DNA of 64,000 nt from Acetobacteraceae bacterium. GTDB lineage: Bacteria > Bacillota > Sulfobacillia > JAIMBG01. The translations under genes and the position numbers were made by a program. Below the pieces are notes generated by a model that ran no database searches, was not told the origin of the DNA, and saw only the letters and a program-made list of their open reading frames with translations. The DNA lies in the NCBI GenBank assembly GCA_023511555.1, contig JAIMBG010000001.1, positions 961 through 64,960 of the forward strand, read 5' to 3'. Position 1 is the first letter of the stretch. Every line of letters starts with the position of its first letter. Below are positions 48,380-58,261 of this stretch, piece by piece.

Positions 48380-49231
48380 GTGGCCCGGGAGCCGGGCCGC
48401 ATCCGGGCGTTCAACCCCCGGCGGACGCTGGCGGTGAGCGTCACCGGCCGGGGGTGTGCGCTCCGCTGCCGGCACTGCGGGGGGCGGTACCTAAAGGGCA
48501 TGGCCGACCTGGGGCGGGCCAGGCGGCTCCTGCTGGGCCCGCCCTGGCCGCGGCCCTTCCGTCCCGTGCGGTTTTGGAGCCTGCTAGTCAGCGGCGGCTC
48601 GGATCTTTCCGGCCGGGTTCCGCTCGCCGACCACCTCGGGGACCTGGAGGTGTTTCGGGCGCTGGGGCTAAGGCTCAACCTCCACACCGGCCTGGTGGGC
48701 CCGGAGGAGGCGGCTGGGCTGGGCCCCCTGGCGTCCGCAGTATCGCTCGACTTCGTGGGCTCGGCGGAGGTCGCCCGCGAGGTGTACGGGCTCAACGCAG
48801 GCCCCCGGGAGTCTATCGCCGCGCTGCGGGCGCTTAAGCCCTTCGCCCGGGTGGTGCCGCACCTCTGCCTGGGGCTTAAGGGCGGGGAGCCGTCGGCGGA
48901 GGAGGAGGCCCTGGAGCTGCTCTCCTGTGAGGGGGTGGAAGCCCTGGTGCTGCTGGTGTTCACCCCCACCCCGGGCACCGACTACTCTGGCCGCCTCCCG
49001 CCGCCGCTTCCGCGGGTGGAGGCGCTCTTCCGGCTGGCGCGGGAGCTCCTTCCCCGGGCGGCGGTCTACCTGGGCTGCATGAGGCCCGGGGGCGGGTACC
49101 GCCGGGAGCTGGACCGGGCCGCGGTCCGGGCCGGCTTGGACGGGGTGGTGCTCCCGGCGGCCGAGGCGCTGGAGGAGGCCCTGGCGCTGGGACTTGAGGT
49201 CTCCTGGGGAGAGGAGTGCTGCGCCCTGTGA
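48380..49231 (+). CDS. Radical SAM protein, candidate LipS1/LipS2-type lipoyl synthase subunit
   Basis: CALRCRHC (CxxxCxxC) at residues ~25-32 from GTG 48380. Sits between gcvPB and lplA. The maximal ORF (48143) overlaps gcvPB. Confidence 0.55.
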   Translation: MAREPGRIRAFNPRRTLAVSVTGRGCALRCRHCGGRYLKGMADLGRARRLLLGPPWPRPFRPVRFWSLLVSGGSDLSGRVPLADHLGDLEVFRALGLRLNLHTGLVGPEEAAGLGPLASAVSLDFVGSAEVAREVYGLNAGPRESIAALRALKPFARVVPHLCLGLKGGEPSAEEEALELLSCEGVEALVLLVFTPTPGTDYSGRLPPPLPRVEALFRLARELLPRAAVYLGCMRPGGGYRRELDRAAVRAGLDGVVLPAAEALEEALALGLEVSWGEECCAL

Positions 49232-50316
49232 TCCGGGTTTCTCTGGGGACCGCGGCGGTGCTGGGCCTTTCCCCGGCCAGGGTCGACGCCCCGCCCCGCA
49301 CCGCCTACATCCTCTGCGGCCAGGGCTGCGCCCTGGACTGCGGGTTCTGCCCCCAGGCGCGGTCCAGCCGGTCGCCCCGGGGCCTGCTGTCGCGGGTCAC
49401 CTGGCCGGAGGCCCGCCTGGAGGAGGTAGTGCCCCGGCTGGCGGAGGCCGCCTCGAGGGGGCTGGTCGGCCGCGCCTGCCTCCAGGTGGTGGAGGGGGAG
49501 GAGGGCCGGAGCGAGGCCCGGCGGGCGCTTTCGGCCCTATCTGAGGCGGCCCGCCTTCCCGTCTCGGTCTCGGCGGCGTTCGCCGGCCCGCAGCCAGCGA
49601 AGGAGTGGATCCGCCTGGGCGCCGAGAGGGTGGGCATACCCCTCGACGGCGCCAGCCCGGCTGCGTTCCGGCTGGCGAGGGGAGGGGACTTCTGCCGGGC
49701 CCTGGCCCGGGTGGAGGCCGCGGCCCGGGCCTGCCCGGGGCGGGTGAGCACCCACCTCATCGTGGGGCTGGGGGAGACCGACGAGGAACTGGTGCGGCTT
49801 CTGGCCCGACTGACCGCGCAGGGGATCGCCGTGGGGCTGTTTGCGTTCACCCCGGTCAGAGGCACCCGGCTGGAGCGCCTCCCTCCGCCACCCCTCAAGC
49901 GCTACCGGCGGCTGCAGGCTGCCCACCACCTCCTGCGGCTTGTGCCCCAGGCGCTTTCGGGCCTGCGCTTCGACGGGCGGGGAAGGCTCGTGGGCTGGGG
50001 CCTCAGCCGCAAAGAGCTTGAGGCCCTGCTCTCCCCCGGGGATGCCTTCCTCACCGCAGGCTGCCCCGACTGCAACCGCCCCTACTACAACGAGCGGCCG
50101 CAGGGCCCCATCTATAACTACCCGCGGCCACTGTCGCCCCGGGAGGCTGCGGCAGCCGTGGCGCTGGCGCTCGCGCCGGCTGCCGGGGATGGCGCCGGGG
50201 AAGAGGCCCTCGAGGGCGCGGGCGACGGCGGTGGGGAGGGCGCCGGGGGTGGCGCCGAGCCGGACGGCGCCGGCGACGAGTGCCGGCCGGAGGAAGCTGC
50301 GGGCGGGGGGAGTTGA
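49216..50316 (+). CDS. Radical SAM protein, candidate LipS1/LipS2-type lipoyl synthase subunit
   Basis: CALDCGFC (CxxxCxxC) near the N-terminus; biotin/lipoyl-synthase-like TIM-barrel region. A second Cys cluster (…TAGCPDCNRPYYNE…) could hold an auxiliary cluster. Acidic Gly/Ala-rich C-terminal tail. Confidence 0.55.
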   Translation: MLRPVIRVSLGTAAVLGLSPARVDAPPRTAYILCGQGCALDCGFCPQARSSRSPRGLLSRVTWPEARLEEVVPRLAEAASRGLVGRACLQVVEGEEGRSEARRALSALSEAARLPVSVSAAFAGPQPAKEWIRLGAERVGIPLDGASPAAFRLARGGDFCRALARVEAAARACPGRVSTHLIVGLGETDEELVRLLARLTAQGIAVGLFAFTPVRGTRLERLPPPPLKRYRRLQAAHHLLRLVPQALSGLRFDGRGRLVGWGLSRKELEALLSPGDAFLTAGCPDCNRPYYNERPQGPIYNYPRPLSPREAAAAVALALAPAAGDGAGEEALEGAGDGGGEGAGGGAEPDGAGDECRPEEAAGGGS

Positions 50317-50321
50317 GCGGC

Positions 50322-51155
50322 GTGCAGTGGCGGCTCATTCTCTCGGGGCCGGCCGACGGCCCGACCAACATGGCGGTGGACGAGGCGCTGCTGGGCTCCT
50401 GCGGCGGGGGCCAGTCCCCTCCCACCCTGCGCTTTTACACCTGGTCGCCGGCCACCGCGTCGGTGGGCCGGTTTCAGGACCTGCAGGAGGAGGTAGACCT
50501 CGAGGCCTGCCGCGCCATGGGGATAGGCTGGGTGAGACGGCCCACCGGCGGCCGCATGGTGCTTCACGACCGGGAGCTCACCTACAGCCTGGCCGCGCCG
50601 CGGGCGCTGTTCCCGGCCGGCGTAGTGGACTCCTACCTGGCCATCAGCCGGGGGCTGGTGGAGGGGCTCCGGCTCCTGGGTGTGGACGCCCGGGCCGCCT
50701 CCCCTCCCCAGGGCCGGGCGTCGCTGGCCGGGGCCTGCTTCGACACCCCCTCCTGGTACGAGGTGACGGTGGGTCAGAGGAAGGTGGTGGGCAGCGCCCA
50801 GGTGCGGAGCGGCGGGGGGCTTCTGCAGCACGGCTCGGTGCTGCTAGAGTTTGACGCCTCAAGACTGGTCCGCGTGCTGGCGCCGGGGCGGAGGGGCCCC
50901 GACCCCGAGGCCCTGGCGGAGTTCCTGGGCCGGCGGGCGACGGGGCTGTGGCAGGCGGCGGGGCGGCGGCTTTCTCCCTCCGAGGTGGCCCAGGCCCTGG
51001 CGGAGGGGTTCGCCAGGGCCCTGGGGGTCAGGCTCGTGGAGGGCGGGCTTTCCCCGGCCGAGGCGGAGCGTGCCGAAAGGCTCAAGCGGCAGAAGTATCT
51101 CAGCCCGGAGTGGAACCTGAGGCCGGCTCCCAGGCCGGCGCGGGGGGAGGGGTGA
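50322..51155 (+). CDS. lplA: Lipoate-protein ligase / octanoyltransferase (BPL/LPL catalytic domain)
   Basis: …WRLILSGPADGPTNMAVDEALL… matches the LplA N-terminus; …GRKVVGSAQ… conserved Lys region. GTG 50322 is 5 nt after the upstream stop. Confidence 0.75.
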   Translation: MQWRLILSGPADGPTNMAVDEALLGSCGGGQSPPTLRFYTWSPATASVGRFQDLQEEVDLEACRAMGIGWVRRPTGGRMVLHDRELTYSLAAPRALFPAGVVDSYLAISRGLVEGLRLLGVDARAASPPQGRASLAGACFDTPSWYEVTVGQRKVVGSAQVRSGGGLLQHGSVLLEFDASRLVRVLAPGRRGPDPEALAEFLGRRATGLWQAAGRRLSPSEVAQALAEGFARALGVRLVEGGLSPAEAERAERLKRQKYLSPEWNLRPAPRPARGEG

Positions 51156-52558
51156 GGGTGTACGACCTGGTGGTGGTGGGGAGCGGGCCCGGCGGGTATG
51201 TGGCCGCCATCCGCGCCGCCCACCGGGGGGCGAAGGTGGCCCTGGTGGAGAAGGCGCAGATCGGCGGCACCTGCCTCAACCGGGGCTGCATACCCACCAA
51301 GGCCCTGGTCAGGAGCGCGGAGATATACGGCAACGTGAGGCGGGCCCAGGAGTTCGGGGTGAGGGTGGAGGGGGTGGGGTTCGACTTCGGCCGGGTCATG
51401 GCCCGCAAGCGCCAGGTGGTCCAGCGCCTGGTGGGCGGGGTGGAGTACCTGCTTAAGGCCAACGGCGTGGAGGTCTTCCGGGGGAAGGCGCGAGTGCCCC
51501 GGCCGGGCCTGGTGGAGGTGGAGCTGCCCGACGGCACGGCCCCGCTTGAGACCCGGAACGTCATCCTGGCCACGGGGTCGGCGCATGCCCTGCCCCCGCT
51601 CCCGCCCGAGAGCATCGCGCTCTGCATCTCCAGCGACCAGGCCCTGGAGCTGGACCGGCCCCCCGAGTCCCTGGTGGTGATCGGCGGAGGGGTACTGGGG
51701 GTCGAGTTCGCCTGCATCTATGCCGCGTTCGGCGCCCGGGCGCAGATAGTCAAGCGCACCCCTCTGGTCCTGCCGCCGATGGACGACGAGATATCCCAGC
51801 GCATAGCGCCGCTGCTCAAGAAGGCCAACATCACCGTCACCAGCGGGGTATTCGTAAAGCGGGTGGAGAAGACCTCGGCGGGGCTCGTGCTCCTGGCCGA
51901 CCTCAAGGAGGGCGGCGAGGCGCGGTTTGAGGGCGAGGCCATACTCATCGCCATGGGCCGGGTCCCCGACTTCGGCGGCATCGACCTGGACGCGCTGGGG
52001 GTGGCCTATGACCGGCGGGGGATAAAGGTGGACGCCCGCATGCGCACCAGCGTGCCCGGCATCTACGCCGTCGGCGACGTGGTGGGCCGCTACTACCTGG
52101 CGTCGGTAGCCTCGGCCGAGGGTATTGCGGCGGTGGACGACATCTGCGGCCACGGCCGCGACATGGACTACGCCGCCGTGCCGCAGTGCGTGTTCTCCAG
52201 CCCCGAGGCGGCCGGCGTGGGGCTCAAGGAGAGGGAGGCCAGGGAGCGGGGGATTGAGCTGGTGGTGTCCAGGTTTCCATATGCCGCCAACGGTAAGGCC
52301 CTGGCCCTGGGCGAGACCGATGGCCTGGTGAAGGTGGTAGCGAAGGCCCAGGACAGGAAGCTGCTGGGGGTGCACCTCCTGGGGGCCCGCGCCACCGACC
52401 TCATCCACGAGGCGGCCCTGGCCATCAAGCTGGGCGCCACCGCCCACGATCTGGCGGCGCTCATCCACGCCCACCCCACGCTCTCTGAGACCATCATGGA
52501 GGCGGCGCACGGCGCCTCTCACCTCTCTATCCACCAGGCCCCACCGCGACGGGGGTGA
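51152..52558 (+). CDS. lpdA: Dihydrolipoyl dehydrogenase (L-protein/E3)
   Basis: FAD motif YDLVVVGSGPGGY, redox-active disulfide GGTCLNRGCIPTK, C-terminal HAHPTLSE. Confidence 0.9.
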   Translation: MRVYDLVVVGSGPGGYVAAIRAAHRGAKVALVEKAQIGGTCLNRGCIPTKALVRSAEIYGNVRRAQEFGVRVEGVGFDFGRVMARKRQVVQRLVGGVEYLLKANGVEVFRGKARVPRPGLVEVELPDGTAPLETRNVILATGSAHALPPLPPESIALCISSDQALELDRPPESLVVIGGGVLGVEFACIYAAFGARAQIVKRTPLVLPPMDDEISQRIAPLLKKANITVTSGVFVKRVEKTSAGLVLLADLKEGGEARFEGEAILIAMGRVPDFGGIDLDALGVAYDRRGIKVDARMRTSVPGIYAVGDVVGRYYLASVASAEGIAAVDDICGHGRDMDYAAVPQCVFSSPEAAGVGLKEREARERGIELVVSRFPYAANGKALALGETDGLVKVVAKAQDRKLLGVHLLGARATDLIHEAALAIKLGATAHDLAALIHAHPTLSETIMEAAHGASHLSIHQAPPRRG

Positions 52559-52562
52559 GCCG

Positions 52563-53105
52563 GTGGGCGGCGCTGGCAGCCGCGGCGCCGGTGGGGATGC
52601 GCCCTGTGGCGCCGGCGGCAGGGCAGAGCCCCTCCTGGGCATCGCCGACCTGGAGGGCTGGATGAGGGCGCGGGGGATAGCGGGGCAGGTGGTGAGGCTG
52701 AAGGAGCCCACCCCCACGGTGGCCGCGGCGGCGAGGGTCCTGGGGGTGGGGCCCGAAGGCATCGTTAAGAGCCTGGTGTTCGTGGCCGGGGGGAGGCCCC
52801 TCCTGGTAGTGGCACGCGGCCTGGCGAGGGTGGACCCGGCCAAGGTAGCCCGGGCGGTGGGGGCGGGGTCGGCCCGTCTGGCCGAGCCTCAAGAGGTGGA
52901 GGCCGTCACCGGCTACCCGGTGGGCGCCACGCCCCCGTTCGGCCACCTCAGTCCCCTCCCGACCCTGATAGACGCCGGGGTGGCGGGGGGAGGGGCCGAG
53001 GTCTACGCCGGCGGAGGAGCGGAGGACGCCCTGCTGAGGATCGATCCCGGCGAGCTTCTGAGGGCCACTGGCGGACGGGTGGCGGATCTGGTGGAGCGGC
53101 GGTGA
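52563..53105 (+). CDS. YbaK/ProX-family aminoacyl-tRNA deacylase
   Basis: …VKSLVFVAGGRPLLVVARG… and …TGYPVGATPPFGH… match YbaK-like trans-editing domains. Confidence 0.7.
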   Translation: MGGAGSRGAGGDAPCGAGGRAEPLLGIADLEGWMRARGIAGQVVRLKEPTPTVAAAARVLGVGPEGIVKSLVFVAGGRPLLVVARGLARVDPAKVARAVGAGSARLAEPQEVEAVTGYPVGATPPFGHLSPLPTLIDAGVAGGGAEVYAGGGAEDALLRIDPGELLRATGGRVADLVERR

Positions 53106-53142
53106 ACGGGAGGGTCAAAGCCGGGGAGGGGGAGGGAGGAGG

Positions 53143-54213
53143 GTGTCGGCCGGGGAGAGGCTGGCGGCGGTGAGGGGGAAGCTCGGCGAACTGAGCCTGG
53201 ACGCGTTCCTGGTGCTGGGGGCCGAGAACCGGCGGTATCTCAGCGGGTTCACCGGCTCCGCCGGGGGGCTGATCATCACCCCCGACCGGGCGTTCTTGGC
53301 TACCGACTACCGCTACCTCGAGCAGGTGCAGACGGAGGCGCCGGGCTTCACCGTGCTCAAGTGGAAGAACCGGCCCGGCGAAGTGCTGGCCCAGGCGCTG
53401 GGGCCGGGGCCGCATCGCCTGGGGTTTGAGAAGGAGATCCTCACCTGCGGGGAGTTCGAGCGGATCAAGGCGGCGGCGGCCGAGGTGGAGCTGGTGCCGG
53501 TGGAGGGGCTGGTGGAGAACCTCAGGGCCGTGAAGGACGCCGATGAGCTGGGGGCGATCAGGGAGGCGGCGGCGCTGGTGGTCTCCGTCTGGGAACGGGT
53601 CCCTGCCCTGCTGAGGGAGGGGCGGGGAGAGGCTGAGGCGGCCCTGGACCTGGAGTTTGAGCTGCGGCGGGCTGGCTCGGAGGAGGCGCCGTTCCAGATC
53701 ATCCTGGCCTCCGGCCCCCAGGCGGCCCTGCCCCACGCCCGGCCGGGCGGCCGTCGGCTGGCCCGGGGCGACGTGGTCATCCTGGACGTGGGGGCGGTGC
53801 GCCGCGGCTACGCCTCCGATTTCACCCGCACCCTGGTGGTGGGGCCGGCCGAGTCCCGGCATCGGGAGCTTCATCAGATCGTGGTCCAGGCCCGCGACGC
53901 GGCGGTGGCGAAGGTGGCGCCAGGGGTGAAGGCGGCGGAGGTGGACCGGGCGGCCCGCGAGGTGATAGCCGCGGCCGGCTACGGAGAGGCCTTCGGCCAC
54001 GGGTTGGGCCACGGCGTGGGGCTGGCGGTGCACGAGGCCCCCAGGCTCACCGCAGAGTCGGCGGACGTGCTTGCCGCGGGCATGGTGGTGACCATAGAGC
54101 CGGGCCTCTATATCCCCGGCTGGGGCGGGGTGCGGGTGGAGGACATGGTGCTGGTGACCCCGGACGGCTGTGAGGTGCTGACGCCGCTTCCCACCGACCT
54201 GGTGGAGCTCTAG
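53143..54213 (+). CDS. pepP: Xaa-Pro aminopeptidase (M24 family)
   Basis: Creatinase/prolidase N-domain then pita-bread fold with metal ligands (…DVVILDVGA…, HGLGHGVGLAVHE, …TIEPGLY…). Confidence 0.85.
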   Translation: MSAGERLAAVRGKLGELSLDAFLVLGAENRRYLSGFTGSAGGLIITPDRAFLATDYRYLEQVQTEAPGFTVLKWKNRPGEVLAQALGPGPHRLGFEKEILTCGEFERIKAAAAEVELVPVEGLVENLRAVKDADELGAIREAAALVVSVWERVPALLREGRGEAEAALDLEFELRRAGSEEAPFQIILASGPQAALPHARPGGRRLARGDVVILDVGAVRRGYASDFTRTLVVGPAESRHRELHQIVVQARDAAVAKVAPGVKAAEVDRAAREVIAAAGYGEAFGHGLGHGVGLAVHEAPRLTAESADVLAAGMVVTIEPGLYIPGWGGVRVEDMVLVTPDGCEVLTPLPTDLVEL

Positions 54214-54366
54214 GGGCAGGCATCAGGGCGGTTCCGCCCGCGGCGCGCGGGGCGGGGAGGGGTGGCGGGTAGCCGTCCCGCCCCGTGGGGAGGGGTGGGG
54301 GTTGGGGCGCGAGGACCGGGCCGGGGCGCGGGGCCCCGGCTCCGGCTGCTGGGAGGTGCAGGCGGG

Positions 54367-55422
54367 GTGGACGGGCGGTTTCCGGCACCGCTCCTGGTGG
54401 GATTTGCGGCACGGGTGCTGGAGGCGGCGGGGGCGCGGCGGAGCGATGCCCTCATCACGGCGCGCGTCCTGGTGGAGGCTGACCTCCGCGGCATCGACTC
54501 CCACGGGGTGGCGCGGCTGCCGGTGTACGCGAGGCGGCTGAAGGGGGGGCTCATAAACCCCCGTGCGCGGCTCAGGGGGCTTAAGGACTCGGGGTCGGTG
54601 CTGTGGCTTGACGCCCAGAACGGCCTGGGCCCCCCGGCGGCGGCGAGGGCCATGGGGCGCTGCCTGGAACGGGCGGCCACCGAGGGTCTGGCCATGGCGG
54701 CGGTGAGGAACTCCAACCACTTCGGCATCGCCGGGTACTACGCCATGATGGCCCTGGACCGGGGCATGATCGGGGTGGCGATGAGCAACGCCTCTCCGCT
54801 CATGGCCCCCTGGGGCGGCAGGACGCGGATGCTGGGCACCAACCCCCTGGCGGTGGCCATCCCCGGGGGAAGCGGGCCGCCGGTGGTCATGGACATGGCG
54901 ACGTCGCAGGCGGCCCGGGGCAAGCTAGAGGTGGCGCGGCGCCTGGGGAGGCCCCTGCCCCCCGGCTGGGCGCTCGGACCTGACGGGCGGCCCACCACCG
55001 ACCCGGCGGAGGGCCTGGCGGGGCTGCTGCTGCCCATGGGCGCCCACAAGGGTTACTGCCTGGCCGTGGTCATCGAGGCTCTCTGCGGGGCGCTGACCGG
55101 CGGGGCCATGGGCCCTGAGGTGGGGGAGCTGACCGCCTTTGACCGGCCCCAGGGGGTGGGCCACGCCTTTATCGCCATAGACCCCCAGGCGTTCGTGGGG
55201 CTGGAGAGCCTGGGCCGGCGCATGGACGAGTACGGGAGGAAGCTGAAGGCGGACCGACCGGCCGAAGGTGTAGAGCGCATATACCTCCCCGGCGAGATCG
55301 AGCACGAGGAGAGGCTGCGCCGCGTAAAGCACGGCGTGCCGCTCCCCCCGGCGGTGCGCAGGGAGCTGGCCGCCCTGGGGGCGGAGGTGGGGGTGGAGGT
55401 GGGGTTCCTGGCGGAGGGGTAG
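54367..55422 (+). CDS. Ldh_2-family (malate/L-lactate/sulfolactate dehydrogenase-like) oxidoreductase
   Basis: …DLRGIDSHGVARLP…AAVRNSNHFGIAGYYA…MLGTNPLAVAIP… is the Ldh_2 signature. GTG 54367 chosen by N-terminal alignment; maximal ORF 54262. Confidence 0.75.
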   Translation: MDGRFPAPLLVGFAARVLEAAGARRSDALITARVLVEADLRGIDSHGVARLPVYARRLKGGLINPRARLRGLKDSGSVLWLDAQNGLGPPAAARAMGRCLERAATEGLAMAAVRNSNHFGIAGYYAMMALDRGMIGVAMSNASPLMAPWGGRTRMLGTNPLAVAIPGGSGPPVVMDMATSQAARGKLEVARRLGRPLPPGWALGPDGRPTTDPAEGLAGLLLPMGAHKGYCLAVVIEALCGALTGGAMGPEVGELTAFDRPQGVGHAFIAIDPQAFVGLESLGRRMDEYGRKLKADRPAEGVERIYLPGEIEHEERLRRVKHGVPLPPAVRRELAALGAEVGVEVGFLAEG

Positions 55423-55573
55423 GGGGCGGGCCGAGCGCCCGCAGCAGGTCCCGGTCGACGGCCGGCTCAGCGAACCGGAAGGAATTGGCGCGGATCTTAG
55501 CGAAGAATGACGCGGCGCGTGGCTTTGGGCTCCAGGATCCGCCCCGGGGGAACGGGGCAGGGGAGGGAAGGCC

Positions 55574-56131
55574 GTGATCTCCACCAACGACTTTCGAAAC
55601 GGCGTGACCATAGAGCTGGACGGCGAGGTCTGGGTGGTGGTGGAGTTTCTGCATGTAAAGCCGGGCAAGGGCTCGGCCTTTGTCCGCTCTAAGCTCAAGA
55701 ACGTCAGGACGGGGGCCGTGGTGGAGCGGACCTTCCGTGCGGGCGAGAAGGTGCCGCGGGCCCACATGGAGCGCCGCGAGATGCAGTACCTTTACAGGAG
55801 CGGCGACCAGCTGTTCTTTATGGACAGCCAGACGTTCGAGCAGATGCCGCTCAACGAGGACCAGATCGGTGACGCCAGCAGCTACCTTAAGGAGGGCGCG
55901 ACCATTGCGGTGCTCATGTATCAGGGGCAGGTAATAGGCGTGGACCTCCCCACCGCCGTGGACCTGGAGGTGGTCCAGACCGACCCCGGCGTCAGGGGGG
56001 ACACCGCCAGCGGCGGCACAAAGCCGGCCAAACTGGAGACCGGCCTGGTGGTGCAGGTGCCGCTGTTCATCAACGTGGGCGACGTGGTGAGGGTGGACAC
56101 TAGGACGGGGGCGTACGTGGAGAGGGTGTAG
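55574..56131 (+). CDS. efp: Elongation factor P
   Basis: Collinear with E. coli EF-P as I recall it (…[17 protein letters not shown]… with the modified-Lys loop KPGKG, …[16 protein letters not shown]…). Confidence 0.9.
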   Translation: MISTNDFRNGVTIELDGEVWVVVEFLHVKPGKGSAFVRSKLKNVRTGAVVERTFRAGEKVPRAHMERREMQYLYRSGDQLFFMDSQTFEQMPLNEDQIGDASSYLKEGATIAVLMYQGQVIGVDLPTAVDLEVVQTDPGVRGDTASGGTKPAKLETGLVVQVPLFINVGDVVRVDTRTGAYVERV

Positions 56132-56288
56132 GCCCAAAGCGTGCAGGTTCTGACGCGGGCTATCCGGGCCCCTGCTGCGCCGCCGCTGCCTGCCCGGCAT
56201 CGGCGGCAGTCGAACCGGGTGGTGAGCCCCTGCAGGAGATCCTTTCCCCTTCGCGAAGTCCCTCCCTGAACATCCCTCCGCTAGCGAG

Positions 56289-57467
56289 GTGAAACCCTTG
56301 AACAGGCGCGCCCAGGTTGCCCTGTGGGTGGCCGTGGCTGCGGCGCTCCTGGTCGGAGGCTGCCTGGCGCAGGTCTTTCTGCCCCACGTCTTCATCCCCG
56401 CCCTGTTCTGGCCGCTCTACGCACTGTTGGTGGTCTTCGCCTTCTGCTTCCCCTGGCGAAGCGTGTCGCTGAGGCTGCTTCTGGCCGCCTTCCTGGCCGG
56501 GGCCGGGCCGGTGATGCTGGTCACCGTTGGCGCAGAGAGGCTGCTCATGCTGGCGCTGGAGCGCCTCCCCACCCTGGACTGCTGGCTCCTGACCCACCTC
56601 CTCCCCTGGGGAGGAGACCCCGGCCGGGGCATAGTGGCTCCGCTTGCCGAGGAGTCGCTTAAGATTGCCCCGCTCGTGCTGTTCCTGTCCTGGATGCGGA
56701 GGAGGCGGTGGCTCACCCTGGGGCCTCTCGACATCGTCCTGCTGGCGGTGGCCGTCGGGGCGGGCTTCGACTTCAGCGAGAGCGCTTTCCTGGCGTTCAA
56801 GGGGGACCAACCCCTGGGCGACCTGGCCTGGGCGACCCGGGCCGGGCCACACCTCGGGCCGCTCTACCTCTTCCCCAGCCTGACCGTGCAGTTTTGGGGC
56901 GCCTCCCCCATGGCCTGCTTCAGCCACCCCGGCTGGACGGGCACCATCGGGGTGGCGCTGGGGCTGGCCTGGTTCTTGGGCCGCCGCCACCGGTGGGTGG
57001 GTGCGCTGCCCTGGCTGGCCGTGGTCTGGGCCATGTGGGACCACTACCTCTGGAACTGCTACACCGACCCCCTGGATTCACCCAGCGCCCTGCTGCGCGC
57101 CCTCCCCGCCCTTGACGGCTACGGCTGGGCCATGCCCTTTGTGATGCTGGCCGGGATCGGCTACGGCGCCTACCTCTCCGCCCGGGCCGTCTGCAGGTTC
57201 CTCAAGGCCGACCCGGCGGCGGCCATAGGGAGGCCCCCGGGGGCGCTCATCAGGATGGCCTTGACCCGCCCCGGCGAGCTCTACGCCTTCCTCCACGCCC
57301 GGCGGGCCCTGGCCTACGGCGCCCGGGCGCTGAAGCAGACCGGGTTTTCCGATGACAGGCTCGGCGGGCAGATGCTGCTCCTGCGGGCAGCGGTGCTGGA
57401 CCTCAGGCGCGGGCTTACTGGAGAGGCCGTCCCCGCCCCGGCAGGCGCCGGGGCCCGGGACGGCTGA
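56289..57467 (+). CDS. Polytopic membrane protein, possibly a PrsW-family intramembrane protease
   Basis: ~8 TM segments; EExxK-like (AEESLK) and GFDFSESAF motifs resemble PrsW/M82. Low certainty. Confidence 0.4.
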   Translation: MKPLNRRAQVALWVAVAAALLVGGCLAQVFLPHVFIPALFWPLYALLVVFAFCFPWRSVSLRLLLAAFLAGAGPVMLVTVGAERLLMLALERLPTLDCWLLTHLLPWGGDPGRGIVAPLAEESLKIAPLVLFLSWMRRRRWLTLGPLDIVLLAVAVGAGFDFSESAFLAFKGDQPLGDLAWATRAGPHLGPLYLFPSLTVQFWGASPMACFSHPGWTGTIGVALGLAWFLGRRHRWVGALPWLAVVWAMWDHYLWNCYTDPLDSPSALLRALPALDGYGWAMPFVMLAGIGYGAYLSARAVCRFLKADPAAAIGRPPGALIRMALTRPGELYAFLHARRALAYGARALKQTGFSDDRLGGQMLLLRAAVLDLRRGLTGEAVPAPAGAGARDG

Positions 57468-57484
57468 AAGGCTGGTGACGTCTG

Positions 57485-57760
57485 ATGACCGTTGTCCCGG
57501 TCGACGCGGTGGTTGCCCTCTCCCAATGCGCGGGGGGGTTCGCTCTGGAGCACCTGGGGCCTGAGGGCCTGATGTGGGTCGGCGTGGGGGCCGTGGTCGG
57601 GGGAGCCGTGGGGGGCCTCGCATGGGGGCCCGGCGGCGCGATAGGAGGGGCGATCATCGGCGGGATCATAGGCGGGGGCGTGAGTATAGGCGTTGACCAC
57701 CTCCCAGGGGTGGTCGGCGACTGGGTGGCCAGGGAGTTCTGGGGCGGGCTGGAGGAGTGA
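57485..57760 (+). CDS. Small glycine-zipper membrane protein (possible YqhV-position gene)
   Basis: 91 aa with an extended GxxxG ladder (…VGVGAVVGGAVGGLAWGPGGAIGGAIIGGIIGGGVSIGV…). Lies between efp and spoIIIAA, where B. subtilis has the small membrane gene yqhV. Confidence 0.4.
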   Translation: MTVVPVDAVVALSQCAGGFALEHLGPEGLMWVGVGAVVGGAVGGLAWGPGGAIGGAIIGGIIGGGVSIGVDHLPGVVGDWVAREFWGGLEE

Positions 57761-58261
57761 GGAAGGCTGGGGGCGTGTCCTTCCACAGCGGCCCCGTGGC
57801 GGAGGCCGTCGACCCGGCATAGCCCCGCTCCCGTTCAAAGAAGCAGCCGGGAGCCAAACGGACTCCCGGCTGTCGCTTAACGTACCCACGGAGGGCCGAC
57901 CCCTCTTCTTCCCCCGTTCCCATCTGCCCTGAACCAGCCGGGCGTTTCGGGTCAACCGGTCTGGGCCCGGCCATCTGAGCCGCTCGAAAGCGCACCGCTG
58001 TCAGCCTGGCCACGGACCGTTGCTGGAGCAACGGCTGCGACTGCGGCGGCCGTGAAGCGGAGAGCGGGGACAAACCCTCAGCTTCCCCCTCCCGGTGGCA
58101 TGATTTGGCGTCGGCCCCAATATGCTTAGAAGGAAACCGCAGGTCAGCCTGGGGGAGGGTGGCCCGTGGGGGACAGGGGCCGGCAGCCGCAGGGGAACGC
58201 CATCGCGGATATTCCCGCCGGGGACGGTGCTTTTTCAGCGCCGGGGGCTGCGGAGTCTCCG

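Noticed and set aside
56140-56288. Candidate terminator after efp
   Set aside because: The inverted repeats around 56185-56215 are imperfect (mismatches and bulges) and lack a U-tract.
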